Shown here piece by piece: positions 24,808-36,010 of a stretch of DNA of 62,421 bases; within the stretch, counting starts at the first letter, position 1; each line of letters opens with the position of its first letter. A model generated the notes under the pieces. It had not been told where the DNA came from, ran no database searches, and was given only the letters and a program-made list of their open reading frames with translations. Source of the stretch: Octopus bimaculoides (taxonomy: Eukaryota); NCBI RefSeq assembly GCF_001194135.2, contig NC_068982.1, positions 72,417,260 to 72,479,680 of the forward strand. Direction: 5' to 3'. The translations under genes were made by a program, and so were the position numbers.

Positions 24808-24947
24808 AAGTTCTCTGAGAATTTTATTAACGGTAACACTATAGCACCATCAACAGCATCGAGCAAAGAATTTACATATCTTTTTACAGTTTCTAATAAG
24901 AATTTTTTTGATTCAAACTTTTAAGAAATTTTTCCTTTTTTTCTAAC
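24199..24947 (-). other. Candidate non-coding exon
   Basis: Acceptor CTTTTTTTGCAG|GTTAG at 24948 and possible donor TTG|GTGAGA at 24198. The TE-free low-complexity body contains poly-T and (TAT)n. Confidence 0.2.
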
Positions 24948-24969
24948 CTGCAAAAAAAAGTGAAACTGC

Positions 24970-25340
24970 ATAACCTAGTGATTAGGGCATTGCACTCGTG
25001 ATCTGAGGATCGTAATCTCGATTCCCAGACCAGGTAAAGCATTGTGTTCTTGAGCAAAATGACACTTCATTTCGCATTGCTTCAGTTCACTCAACCGTAA
25101 ATGAGTTCCAACAATAGCTGGGAAGTTAACCCTGTGACAGAGCAGTGTCCTGTTTAGTGGAGAGTTATTGATATTTCAGTGAAGGCTTAGTGGTTAGTGG
25201 TTAGAGTATTCAGCTCACAATTGTATGGTCATGAGTTCAATTCCTGGTAATGTGTTGTGTCCTTGAGCAAGACACTTTATTTCACATTGATCCAGTCCAC
25301 TCAACTGGCAAAAGTAAGCAGTACTTGTATTTCAAAGTGA
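24970..25340 (+). mobile_element. Tandem pair of a second CORE-like SINE family (family D)
   Basis: Two heads (AGTG(A/G)TTAG...TC(G/A)ATTCC) each followed by CTTGAGCAA...CACTT(C/T)ATTTC...CAGT(C/T)CACTCA. Others lie at about 22562-22750(+), 19880-20040(-) and 37240-37405(-). Confidence 0.6.
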
Positions 25341-27829
25341 GTAGTACTTCTATTCCAAATCTGAATGCTAAAGGCTTAACCGTTTAGCATTCACATTTCT
25401 GTCAGAAATAATGCTTATTTATTCACATTGTTTTGAATTAATCATGCATTATTTCATAGCTCCAAAATTTTGGTGTGATTGCATATTTTTCGAATGACAA
25501 TGTGGGTTAGGTGTGAGAAGCCTGATATGGCCAATTTGAACATGAAACAGGTAGAATATCTGGGCCAGATATGGCCAGTTTAAATGCTAAAAACTAATTT
25601 TATAGACACTTCTTTCAAAATTCCTATTTTGTTTTTCACACATTCACTTGTATAGGTTTGCAACAGCCACTCTCTGAGAGAACATGTTCCAGTGGGCAAA
25701 AACATGTTAAAATGTAAAACATTAGAGAAAGAAACCTAGCTATTTCTTGGCAATAATTACATCTGAAGCAAAATTGATTTCATAGATTCTTAAAATATTA
25801 GTGGGTCTCCAAAAAGTCTTATATGGACCCCCAGTTGAGAACATTGGTATAAAAGATGTATGGTTATAGACACACCTAAATTTCAGCAGTGCACATTCAG
25901 GAAAAAAAATGTTCTAGTGCATTAAAGCTTATGGGAGGCCCAACTTTACATATGCATACCCTGGCTTTTTGAGAACCTCTGTACTAAGTTGACGACATAA
26001 TCCCAGAGTTATTTTGAGCTAACATGGTTTATGACATTCCTGAAGAAGTTGCTGTTTTTGCTTTTGTGCTTTATGTCTAGTCATTACATGTAGAAATTCT
26101 ACAACAGGACATTGTAACGTCTCATTACTTGAACATTTTTAGATAAAAAAAAAAAAACACAAAAAAAACCCAACAACATTCCACTGAAATCTATCCATTC
26201 TACTTTCATTTTAAATTAGAATTTCTGTGTATGCGTGGGGGATGAGTGTGAGTGGCAATGAGACTTTGGCTTAGCAAAATAAATTTAAATTTGGGAAAAC
26301 TATAAACCTTCTTAAAAATAGCAACCAAATTTACTTCAAATCTTTGTACATGACTTAAGAAAGAAAGGACACATCAGATCATGTACCCTTTAATACGTTA
26401 AGCCTGCAGGGATGGGATGGCCAAGGCTGGAACTTTGTAAATCAGAGATAGATCTAATCTAGGGCTAAACAAAAACAACCTGCAGCAATAACGCAATCAA
26501 AACTAGGTTTTGCCATATGAACTTGTTTTTATTTTTCTTCCCATCCTTCTTTTGGGGACATGATAAACAGGAGAGTGGCAACTGATTGGTGTTGCTTGCC
26601 CTAACTGCTCATAAATGTTGCATTGATAGGTGCATCCATGCGCATGTGTGGATGTCGACATTCCATGGCTTTGCCTGTCACCATCTGAATGAATCAGTAA
26701 TATGCTGTTTACGTTCCTTGCTGGCATTACAATTGGTTGTTCTGTGCTTTCAAAGACATGACATGAGCAACAGGTAAGTGTTGGTGATGGGAGGAGCATC
26801 CAGCTACAAAATCTTGCCATACAAACCTAAGTCTCCCATCCAGTCTATGCTAGTCAGGAAAAACACATTTAATGAATTGAATAAAAAAATTTGTATTAAC
26901 ACAAACAAAATTTATAAGTGTGCTAATTTAATTTGAATCAATGGTTGGAGAATTGAGTGGAAAATTACACACACACAAGTGCGCACAAACACATGTATTT
27001 AGGCTTGTATCTTTTACTTGTTTCAGTTATTAGACTTCAGCCATGCTGGGGCACCACCTTGAATTTTTAGTTGAATGAATTGACCCGAGTACTTATTTTT
27101 AATAGATACATATGCACATAGATATATATATACATATAGATATATGACAGGCTTCTTTCAGTTTCTGTCTACAAAATCCACTCACAAGGCTTAGGTCAGC
27201 CCGAGGCTATAGTAGGAGACCCTTGCCCAAGGTGTCATACAGTGGGACTGAACCTGGAATCATGTGGTTGGGAAGCAAGCTTCTTATCACACAGCCATGC
27301 CTGCACCTATAAATACAATGGGCCTGGTACAGTTTCTGGCAACCATTTTTACGAACAAGGCATTAGTTGAACTGGGGCCATAATAGATGTTTGCCCAGGC
27401 TGACATGCAGTAAGACTGAACCTGAAACCACATGGTTGTGAAGCAAACTCCTTACCCACACACCCATGCCTGCACCAAAACACACTCTTCATTTTTTTCT
27501 TCTTTGATTGTTGTAAAGCTGTCTTCTTGTTGCCCCACACCCACCTCCAATTTTCTTAAAAAGAAAACATTCAAACTAAAGTTGAACTTCTGCCAAGAAT
27601 AATAAGTCTAGAAGATTAGATGCAGGTCTTATGCAGGTGTTTTGCGGGTTGCCATTAGCTGCTACATACATGCAGTTGCTGTTGTTCAGCCACAAGTTGT
27701 CCTGGATCAAGCTGTTCTACAGGGTTTTCCCCAAAGTCTGGACACAGAAGAAATCTCATTAACTATATTTTATATATATATTTTGTATATATCATATTTT
27801 ACCTATATATTTTTTACTCGATGAAAATC

Positions 27830-28072
27830 ACAGATACAACACTTGATGGAATGCATAAAGAGTGAATGAACTCAAATTGACAGCAAGGTGAAGTTATTGC
27901 ATCAAGTTCGCGTAAATCTTGCAAAGTGCATCGACTTTTGCATCACAAATGGTGAAAATCATATTGAAGATGTTATTTGTTAATATTCCAATTGAATAAA
28001 TTGTTGAAAATTTTATGTATATTTCTTGAAAAAATAGATTTTGTCTGTGGAACACCCTTTAGGAACACCCTG
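27830..28072 (+). mobile_element. 3' end of a Tc1/mariner-superfamily element (DD37D/maT-like terminus)
   Basis: C-terminal peptide ...CIDFCITNGENHIEDVIC* followed by the terminus GGAACACCCTG|TA. Confidence 0.5.
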
Positions 28073-28969
28073 TACAATCAAAGGAGTTCAATAAGTAGTG
28101 ATACTCCTACCCCCCCCTTTTTTAAATCTATTTTTCTATCTTAGTGTAGCTTGACCCTTTCAACAGCAACGTGTTTATGTCCACCTCTAAAGAAATTTTC
28201 AAATTTAGATAAAATCTTGGAATGAAATCTCTTTATTACATTATTGGTTTCAAATTTTGGCACAAGGCCTGCAATTTCGGGGGAAGGGGTAAGTTGATTA
28301 TATTGACCCCAGTGATCAACTGATACTAATTCTATTGACCCTTAAAGGATGAAAAGCAAAGACGACCCTGGTGGAATTTGAACTCAGAACATAAAAATGG
28401 ATGTAATGCCGCTATGCATTTTGCCCAAGCGTATTAACAATTCTGCCTGCTTGCTGCCTTTATTACATTATTACCATCATTTTAATGTCCACTTTTCCAT
28501 GCTTGTATGAGTCAGATAGAATTAGTTGAAACAGATTTTCTATAGAAGACTGAAAATGAGACAGACATACCACCTGTAATGGAAGTAATGGTCATAAAAA
28601 CTATCTTCTGATGTCAAGACAAGAAGACACACTCACATATATATGAAAGGCTTCAATCAGTTTTTGCTTCCCAAATCTACTTGCAGGCTTAGAGGTCAGC
28701 CTGGGGCGAGAGTAAAAGAAATTGCCCATGGTGCCATGCAGTAGGATTGAACCCAAAACCACATAGCTGGGAAGCAAGCTTCTTAGCCACTGTCAGTAGG
28801 TGCCCTCTATTATAGCCAAAGGCTGATTAAGACCTTGTGAGTGAAAGTGTAAACAGAGACTGAAGAAGCCCATCATGTGTGCGTGAGTGAGTTCATATTT
28901 CCTTTTGTTTTCATATGTGATGGCATCTGTGCCCAGCGATGCCTTTCTGGCACTTGTGCCCGCGGCATG

Positions 28970-29400
28970 TGTAAGGACTTTCAAGCGAGATCGTTGCCAG
29001 TGCCCCTGGACTGGCTCTTGTGCGGGTGGCACATAAAATACACCATTTTGAGCGTGGCTGCTGCCAGTACCGCCTGACTGGCCTTCATAGGATTTTCGAG
29101 CGAGATCGTTGCCAGTGCCCATGGACTGGCTCTTGTGCAGATGGCACATAAAATACACCATTTTGAGCGTGGCCGTTGCCAGTACCGCCTGATTGGCCTT
29201 CGTGCAGGTGACATGTAAAAGCACCCACTACACTCTCTGAGTGGTTGGCGTTAGGAAGGGCATCCAGCTGTAGAAATTCTGCCAAATCAGATTGGAGCCT
29301 GGTGTTGCCATCCGGTTTCACCAGTCCTCAGTCAAATCGTCCAACCCATGCTAGCATGGAAGGCGGACGTTAAACAATGATGATGATGATGATGATGATG
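28970..29400 (+). mobile_element. RTE 3'UTR copy with four internal modules
   Basis: Alternating GAGCGAGATCGTTGCCAGT and GAGCGTGGC(C/T)G(T/C)TGCCAGT units, then the terminal module and (GAT)n. Confidence 0.85.
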
Positions 29401-31403
29401 TGTGTATGCTCTGTAAGAAAAAGTTTCACTGCTCATAGGGACTGTAATGTTTGCTTAGAACAGTGCTCTGCAACTGGCATGCCATGGCACACTGGTCTGT
29501 CACAAGACGATGCTAGGTGTGCTGCAGTGTAACCCGAATATAATGTTTTTCCCTATACTTTTAGTTATATTTCTAGTTCAGGTTTGCTGCCGTATTTTGA
29601 AAAGAATATAAGTGTACCACAACTGGAAAAAAGGTTGCACAGCACTGGCTTAGAAGTCTACAGTGGCAGCATGTATATGCTTCTTGCAACATGTTGCATG
29701 CTGTTCTTTCATCATAATAGAGCTAATAGAAACAGGTGACCAGATATCATTCAGGAATGATATCTGGTCATAAAAAACTTCTACTCCAACTTGTAGTCTC
29801 ATCTGACCCATGCAAGCATGAAAAAGTTAATATTAACCTCTTTGCTACTATATTTCTGCTGAGCTAAAACTGCCTTTGTTTAAATTAACTCTGGAAATAA
29901 CAAAGAATTTCGTGTGAAATAATTCTGTTTTTCTTAAACTGATGTTTGCAACAGAAATTTACATAAAATTTTGTTAGAAAGTCTTTTTAATTTAGATATC
30001 TTTAAAACAGAAAGTTTGTATTATACAAGTAAGGGTGGTCTCAGGTGGGTTGGCATCAAGAGATTTAAAAGATGATGATAATTTATATGTGCATATGAGT
30101 GTATGTGTGTGTGCATGCACACACAAATATGCACATATATGCTAAGTACTAACAAGACTTACAGAATCTAAAAATCAACAAGGAACCAACCATAAACATT
30201 TATTTGGATTGGTCTTTATTCATAAGAACTCTAGAAGAATTTAATTGACCTTCAGAAGAAGCACAACAATAAAAGTACATTTCTCTTCATAATACATTGC
30301 CACACACACAAAAAAATTCCCATTTATTTACAAATTATTTTTAATGGTGGCACTGATAGTAGATAAAACTATAAATAGCAGCATGAAAAATATTGGGTAA
30401 AAAAAAAACTATTGGATTGGAAAAGAAACAAAAGCTGTCAATGCAACTGAAAGCCACAACTTCTGGGAACATGACAAGCATACTAACCATTACACAAAAA
30501 TAACCCTTTGAATTTTCCCCCCATTCATTTTAGAAGCTTTACTCTTAACTGAAAATTCCAAAATGGTTTTCTACTGACTACCACCACTGAGTTCCAATAC
30601 AATTAAATGTGTGTAAATCATCACTGTTTTAATGTCTACTTCTCCATGCTTGATAGAAATGTTCTATGGCCAAAGGCCATTCCTGTCCCCAACCGACTCC
30701 TGTTTCTAAGCAAAATAATATTTTCTTCATGACCAGACATGTTTCCTCAATTATCAAGTAACATCAAGATAAGAGACAATAATACACACACACACACACA
30801 CACACACAGATATATGATGTGCATCTTCCAGTTTCCCCCTACCAAATCTACTTACTTTGGTTAACCCGGGGCTATAGTAGAAGACACTAAGCCCAATGTG
30901 TCAGGCAGTGAGATTGAACCAGAAACTATGTGGGCAGAAAGCAAAATTCTTACCAAAAAACCATGCCTGCACTTAAAAACAATGTTAATTTAAAAAATAA
31001 CAATCAAAGATACAAAGAAATGAGATGGAGAAGTGGTTGGTTATATTAAAATATTCTGTTGCATTCAAAATTTATAAAACCATTAGCATCGTTTCAACAT
31101 TAGTCTTAGACTTATTGTCAGCTCTTCCGTAGAGACAGGAATCTTGATGTAATTGTGTATGTGTGCATCTACATATATGCAAGTGTGAGTGCATATGCAC
31201 AAATGTTTTGATACAACATATGCAGATATGTACAACAGGACCAGATATGTCAGTGTGGCTAAGAAATTTGCACTGCAATCTTATGGTTTCAGGTTCAAGC
31301 ATGGCACCTTGGGTTACAGAAAAGGTTATAACCTTTACTGATTAAAAATAATACTTTTACTTGCTTCTGTCTGGGGCACCGAGATATATAAATTATATAT
31401 ATA

Positions 31404-32369
31404 NNNNNNNNNNNNNNNNNNNNNNNNNNNNNNNNNNNNNNNNNNNNNNNNNNNNNNNNNNNNNNNNNNNNNNNNNNNNNNNNNNNNNNNNNNNNNNNNN
31501 NNNNNNNNNNNNNNNNNNNNNNNNNNNNNNNNNNNNNNNNNNNNNNNNNNNNNNNNNNNNNNNNNNNNNNNNNNNNNNNNNNNNNNNNNNNNNNNNNNNN
31601 NNNNNNNNNNNNNNNNNNNNNNNNNNNNNNNNNNNNNNNNNNNNNNNNNNNNNNNNNNNNNNNNNNNNNNNNNNNNNNNNNNNNNNNNNNNNNNNNNNNN
31701 NNNNNNNNNNNNNNNNNNNNNNNNNNNNNNNNNNNNNNNNNNNNNNNNNNNNNNNNNNNNNNNNNNNNNNNNNNNNNNNNNNNNNNNNNNNNNNNNNNNN
31801 NNNNNNNNNNNNNNNNNNNNNNNNNNNNNNNNNNNNNNNNNNNNNNNNNNNNNNNNNNNNNNNNNNNNNNNNNNNNNNNNNNNNNNNNNNNNNNNNNNNN
31901 NNNNNNNNNNNNNNNNNNNNNNNNNNNNNNNNNNNNNNNNNNNNNNNNNNNNNNNNNNNNNNNNNNNNNNNNNNNNNNNNNNNNNNNNNNNNNNNNNNNN
32001 NNNNNNNNNNNNNNNNNNNNNNNNNNNNNNNNNNNNNNNNNNNNNNNNNNNNNNNNNNNNNNNNNNNNNNNNNNNNNNNNNNNNNNNNNNNNNNNNNNNN
32101 NNNNNNNNNNNNNNNNNNNNNNNNNNNNNNNNNNNNNNNNNNNNNNNNNNNNNNNNNNNNNNNNNNNNNNNNNNNNNNNNNNNNNNNNNNNNNNNNNNNN
32201 NNNNNNNNNNNNNNNNNNNNNNNNNNNNNNNNNNNNNNNNNNNNNNNNNNNNNNNNNNNNNNNNNNNNNNNNNNNNNNNNNNNNNNNNNNNNNNNNNNNN
32301 NNNNNNNNNNNNNNNNNNNNNNNNNNNNNNNNNNNNNNNNNNNNNNNNNNNNNNNNNNNNNNNNNNNNN
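31404..32369. other. Assembly gap (N run)
   Basis: Ns. Confidence 1.
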
Positions 32370-32831
32370 GTGGTGATTAAGCTCTGCAGTAATTTTGGGA
32401 CCTGTAATTTTGTGACCCTTTCGAACAATTCACTTAAAGAGTCTGATAGTCCCTATCTGAAAGTTTTGGCTTTCTTCCAGAGTTTTGTTTTGATGAGGTT
32501 TTTCCCTCTCTCTCTCAAAGGCTGTCATTACTTTCAAGACAGTACTTCTTGATACACCAAACATTTCAGCTGTTTTCATTACGCTAGCGCCTGCCATACG
32601 AGCACCAACAATTTGACTTCTTTGAAAGTCTGATAGATCTGACATTTTAATGAATTTTAATTACCTTTTTCTGATGATATCTGAAATGAAACACCAATCT
32701 TAGCAAAACATATTAAGCAACACTAAAAATAAATCAAAAACAGAAATAAACAAGCTTTTGATGGTTTTATAGATATTTCAAAGTTATGATGCTATGATGC
32801 TAAGTGTTTCTATTATTTTGTCCAACCCCTG
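32370..32831 (-). mobile_element. 5' part of a Tc1-like transposon, truncated by the gap
   Basis: MSDLSDFQRSQIVGARMAGASVMKTAEMFGVSRSTV is a paired-like HTH. Terminus TA|CAGGGGTTGGACAAAATAATAGAAACAC ends at 32831. Confidence 0.8.
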
Positions 32832-32844
32832 TATGTATACATGC

Positions 32845-33165
32845 AAACAGAAAGCAAAAACTGAAGATTTTCAAACGGATAAGTATAAATATATAGATAT
32901 TTATATATTAATAGATAAAACAGAGTATAAATGGAGGCTTGATTTATTCAATGTTTATTTGCTTCCACTATTAGTTGCATATTTTGATGAACTACATCTA
33001 CAATGTTATGATGGACAGTTACTGGACTTGTAACACCTTACCTCCTCCCTCTTAATTTTCTCTGATGTTTGTACTCTGTGTGTTTCATCTATTAATATAT
33101 AAATATCTATATATTTATACTTAAATATTCATCGTTTGAAAATCTTCAGTTTTGCTTTCTTTCTG
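32845..33165. repeat. Imperfect long inverted repeat (foldback)
   Basis: CAGAAAGCAAAAACTGAAGATTTTCAAACG...TATTAATAGAT at about 32845-32930 is mirrored at about 33070-33165. Confidence 0.8.
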
Positions 33166-33209
33166 TTTTTTGTACTTCTTTTATTTTTCAAAATTACGAT
33201 AAACAAAGT

Positions 33210-34386
33210 TCTTTTTTAATCTAAAATATACTCTCCTTCATTTTCTACAATGCTCTTCCCATCTATCTGGTAGACCTGGAAGGCATCTCTTCCAAAATCC
33301 ACTTGTCCGTGACGGAAAATACTCCTCCAGTACTGTTCTAGCCTTGTCTACAGAATTCATATGTTTTCCATTCAAATGATTTTGAATACTGTGGAATAAA
33401 TGATAACCAGATGGAGCACAATGTCTGGTGAATATGGTGGATGGAGCATGGTTTCCCATTTAAACTGCTCCAGCTTTTGGAATGTCATCCTTGCTCCATG
33501 TGGCCAAGCATTATCCTGATGGTAGAACACCTTTCATCTTGAAACCAAAGATGGTTGTTTTTCTTCTATTGCTGACTTAAGCTGCTCAAGCTGCTTGCAG
33601 TAGATCTCCTTTGTTATCATTAGGTTTGGGTTTAAAAGTTCAAAGTGGACTAAACTTTTCATATCCCACCAAACAGATAACAACATCTTATGTGTGTGAA
33701 GACCTTCTTTAGCCTGGGGTGCCGGTGTTTCTTCTTTCCCTACCCGTTGTCTTTGGTGTTTGACATTTTTATAGAGAATCCATTTCTTGTCACCAGTCAT
33801 TATTCGGTCCAAAAAGGGTTCATTTGTGAGACGTGACAGCAAAGAAGAGTACGCATTGACCCAATTTGCTGACTTTTCTGATGTCACATAGGTGTCAGTG
33901 AATTGTTGAATGACCAAATCCAAGCTTCTCTGCCAGTTCCTCAACAGTTATGATGGGATTTTGTTCCACCAGGGTTTGCAAGACATTCTTGTTGAGCTCT
34001 ATAGATCTACCAGGATGAGGCTCATCTTCTAGGTTGTAGTTTCTGGCTTGGAATTTCTGGAACCCCCATTGACACTGGCTTATGCTTATTGTCCAATCTC
34101 CATATACTGCATTAATATTCCTCACACTTTCCCTTGCGTTGTTGCCTTTATTGAACTCATAAAGCAAAATATGCTGAATATGCTCCTTTGTCACTTCAAT
34201 TATAGCTTTGAAAAAATAACTGTTAAAATCGAACTGCACTCTTCAAAACTTGCACTAAGAATAAGAACCAAGGTAAAATTACTGCCTGCTTTTATAGTAA
34301 GTTGATGCAGGTAGTTTATCTCGTTTCCTCCGACATTTAGGTCATGCAATTGAAAAAAACCGTATTATTTATGGGATGACCCAATA
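33210..34386 (-). mobile_element. Decayed mariner transposon (DD34D, probably cecropia/Hsmar1-like)
   Basis: HILLYEF, LEDEPHPGR, RIMTGDKKWILY, LLSVWWD, YHQDNAWPH, APSGYHLF and LPDRW motifs. 5' TIR TATTGGGTCATCCCATAAA at about 34360-34386. No 3' TIR was found. Confidence 0.88.
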
Positions 34387-34989
34387 TAATTTGAGTATCA
34401 AACCCAAGCTGTTATATTTTAATTTAATAATTGCCTCCATATCTGCTCATCTAGATTTCTCTTATAGCTGGTCTTAACCCTCCAAAATTGGTCCCTTGCA
34501 AAGACATTGGAGTCTAAGTTTGAATCATTTGAGCGCTAATAAGTGTTTTCTATACTGAAAATCTCTGGATCACACACACTCATATTATGAGTTGTAATTA
34601 TCCTGTTTGAACTACCAAACCTACATATATATGTGTGTGTGCATGCACATCTATCTGTTTGTCTGTCTCTCCCTCTGTGTCAGAAATGGTGACATTTGTG
34701 CCTTCATAAACACATAAACTAAACATCATGCTCAGTGGTAATATGTGCAAAGACCAGTGGAATAAAAGAATTTTTAGGCCTTTCAACTGTACACACTGGT
34801 GCAGGCCAGGGTAAGAGTTTTGAAGAAGAATGGCTGTTGCAGATGCATTCAAGGTTTCCCTCTCTAGCTCACCACATCAGACGTTTATCCGAGGAAAAGG
34901 CTGCTGACTTAAATCAATTAAGCTTGGCCACAGTGTTATTGATGGTATTGCTGTCAAAACACAAAGGGGCAGAACATACATCACAAGGC

Positions 34990-36010
34990 GTCTTGCCCAA
35001 CCCCCTGCCCCTGCCACCACCGCTTAACATTCCTCGTTTGACATCCGCTCTCCATACTGCATGGGTTGGATGGTTTTGGCCAGCTGAGAGCTGTCCAAAT
35101 TCCAATTGTCTGTTGTGGTATGGTTTCTATGACCAGATGTCATTCCTAATGCCAACCACTTAACAAAGTGTGCTGGGTGATTTTTACGTGCCACTAGTTT
35201 ATGCAACACCAGCATGGGTGTGTTTATGCAACATCAACATGGGTGCTTTTTATGTGGCATCGACACCTGAAAGGAAAAGCCTGTATGTGTAGAAGACAGT
35301 GATTTTACTTAGCATGATGTGTCTTATCAAGTGCAGCAAGTTGCCATATCTCCTGGTCCCTTGTCATTTTTCAGTGAGGCCCAACATGTGAAGATCCTTT
35401 CTCACTATTTTGTCCCATGTCTTCCTAGGTCTACCCTGTCCTTAGGTACACTCCACAATAAGAGCATGGCACATCTTTATACAGCTGTCATCCATACACA
35501 TAACACGACCAAACTAGTGTAGTCTTCTCTCTTGTGCACAACATCTGATATCTCTTACACCCAGTTTTCCTCTTAAATCATTTACACTCTGTCATGTGTG
35601 CACACAGACATTACCCATCCAGAGGAGCACACTAGCTTCATGTCTTTCAAGCCTTTGCAAGTCCTCTGTAGTCAAAGCCCATGTTTCACTGCAATGTAAC
35701 ATAGCTGTACATACACAAGCATCATACATTCTGCCTTTCACTCAGAAGGAGAGGCCCTTAGTTACCAAGAAAGGTAAAAGCTCTCTAAACTTTGCCCAGC
35801 CTGTTCTTATTCTAGCAACTACACTTTCTCCTCTACTGCTAACTTGGTCTCTTAGGTAACAGATGCTACCTACTACTTCTATTGATCTCCTCAAGCATAT
35901 GAGGGAATATGTTGTCCATGCAATTTTAGTACTTATTGTACCAGCACATTTGCCAGACACAATGGCTATATTTTCCATCTTTGCTAATCCACTGCCTAGG
36001 CTAAGTACAT
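34990..36010 (-). mobile_element. Decayed RTE LINE 3' end (ORF C-terminus plus 3'UTR)
   Basis: ARIRTGWAKFRELLPFLVTKGLS, MLHCSETW and GRPRKTWD motifs, followed by the terminal module. Confidence 0.8.

Noticed and set aside
28970-29230. CRISPR-like repeat/spacer appearance of the module arrays (also at 1-180, 39640-39870 and 52485-52700)
   Set aside because: The intervening segments recur rather than being unique spacers, there are no cas genes, the context is eukaryotic, and the array follows an RTE stop codon.
31295-32428. Long ORFs of 377 and 339 aa, and similar ORFs at 44651-45154 and 57623-57991
   Set aside because: Artefacts of translating N gaps.
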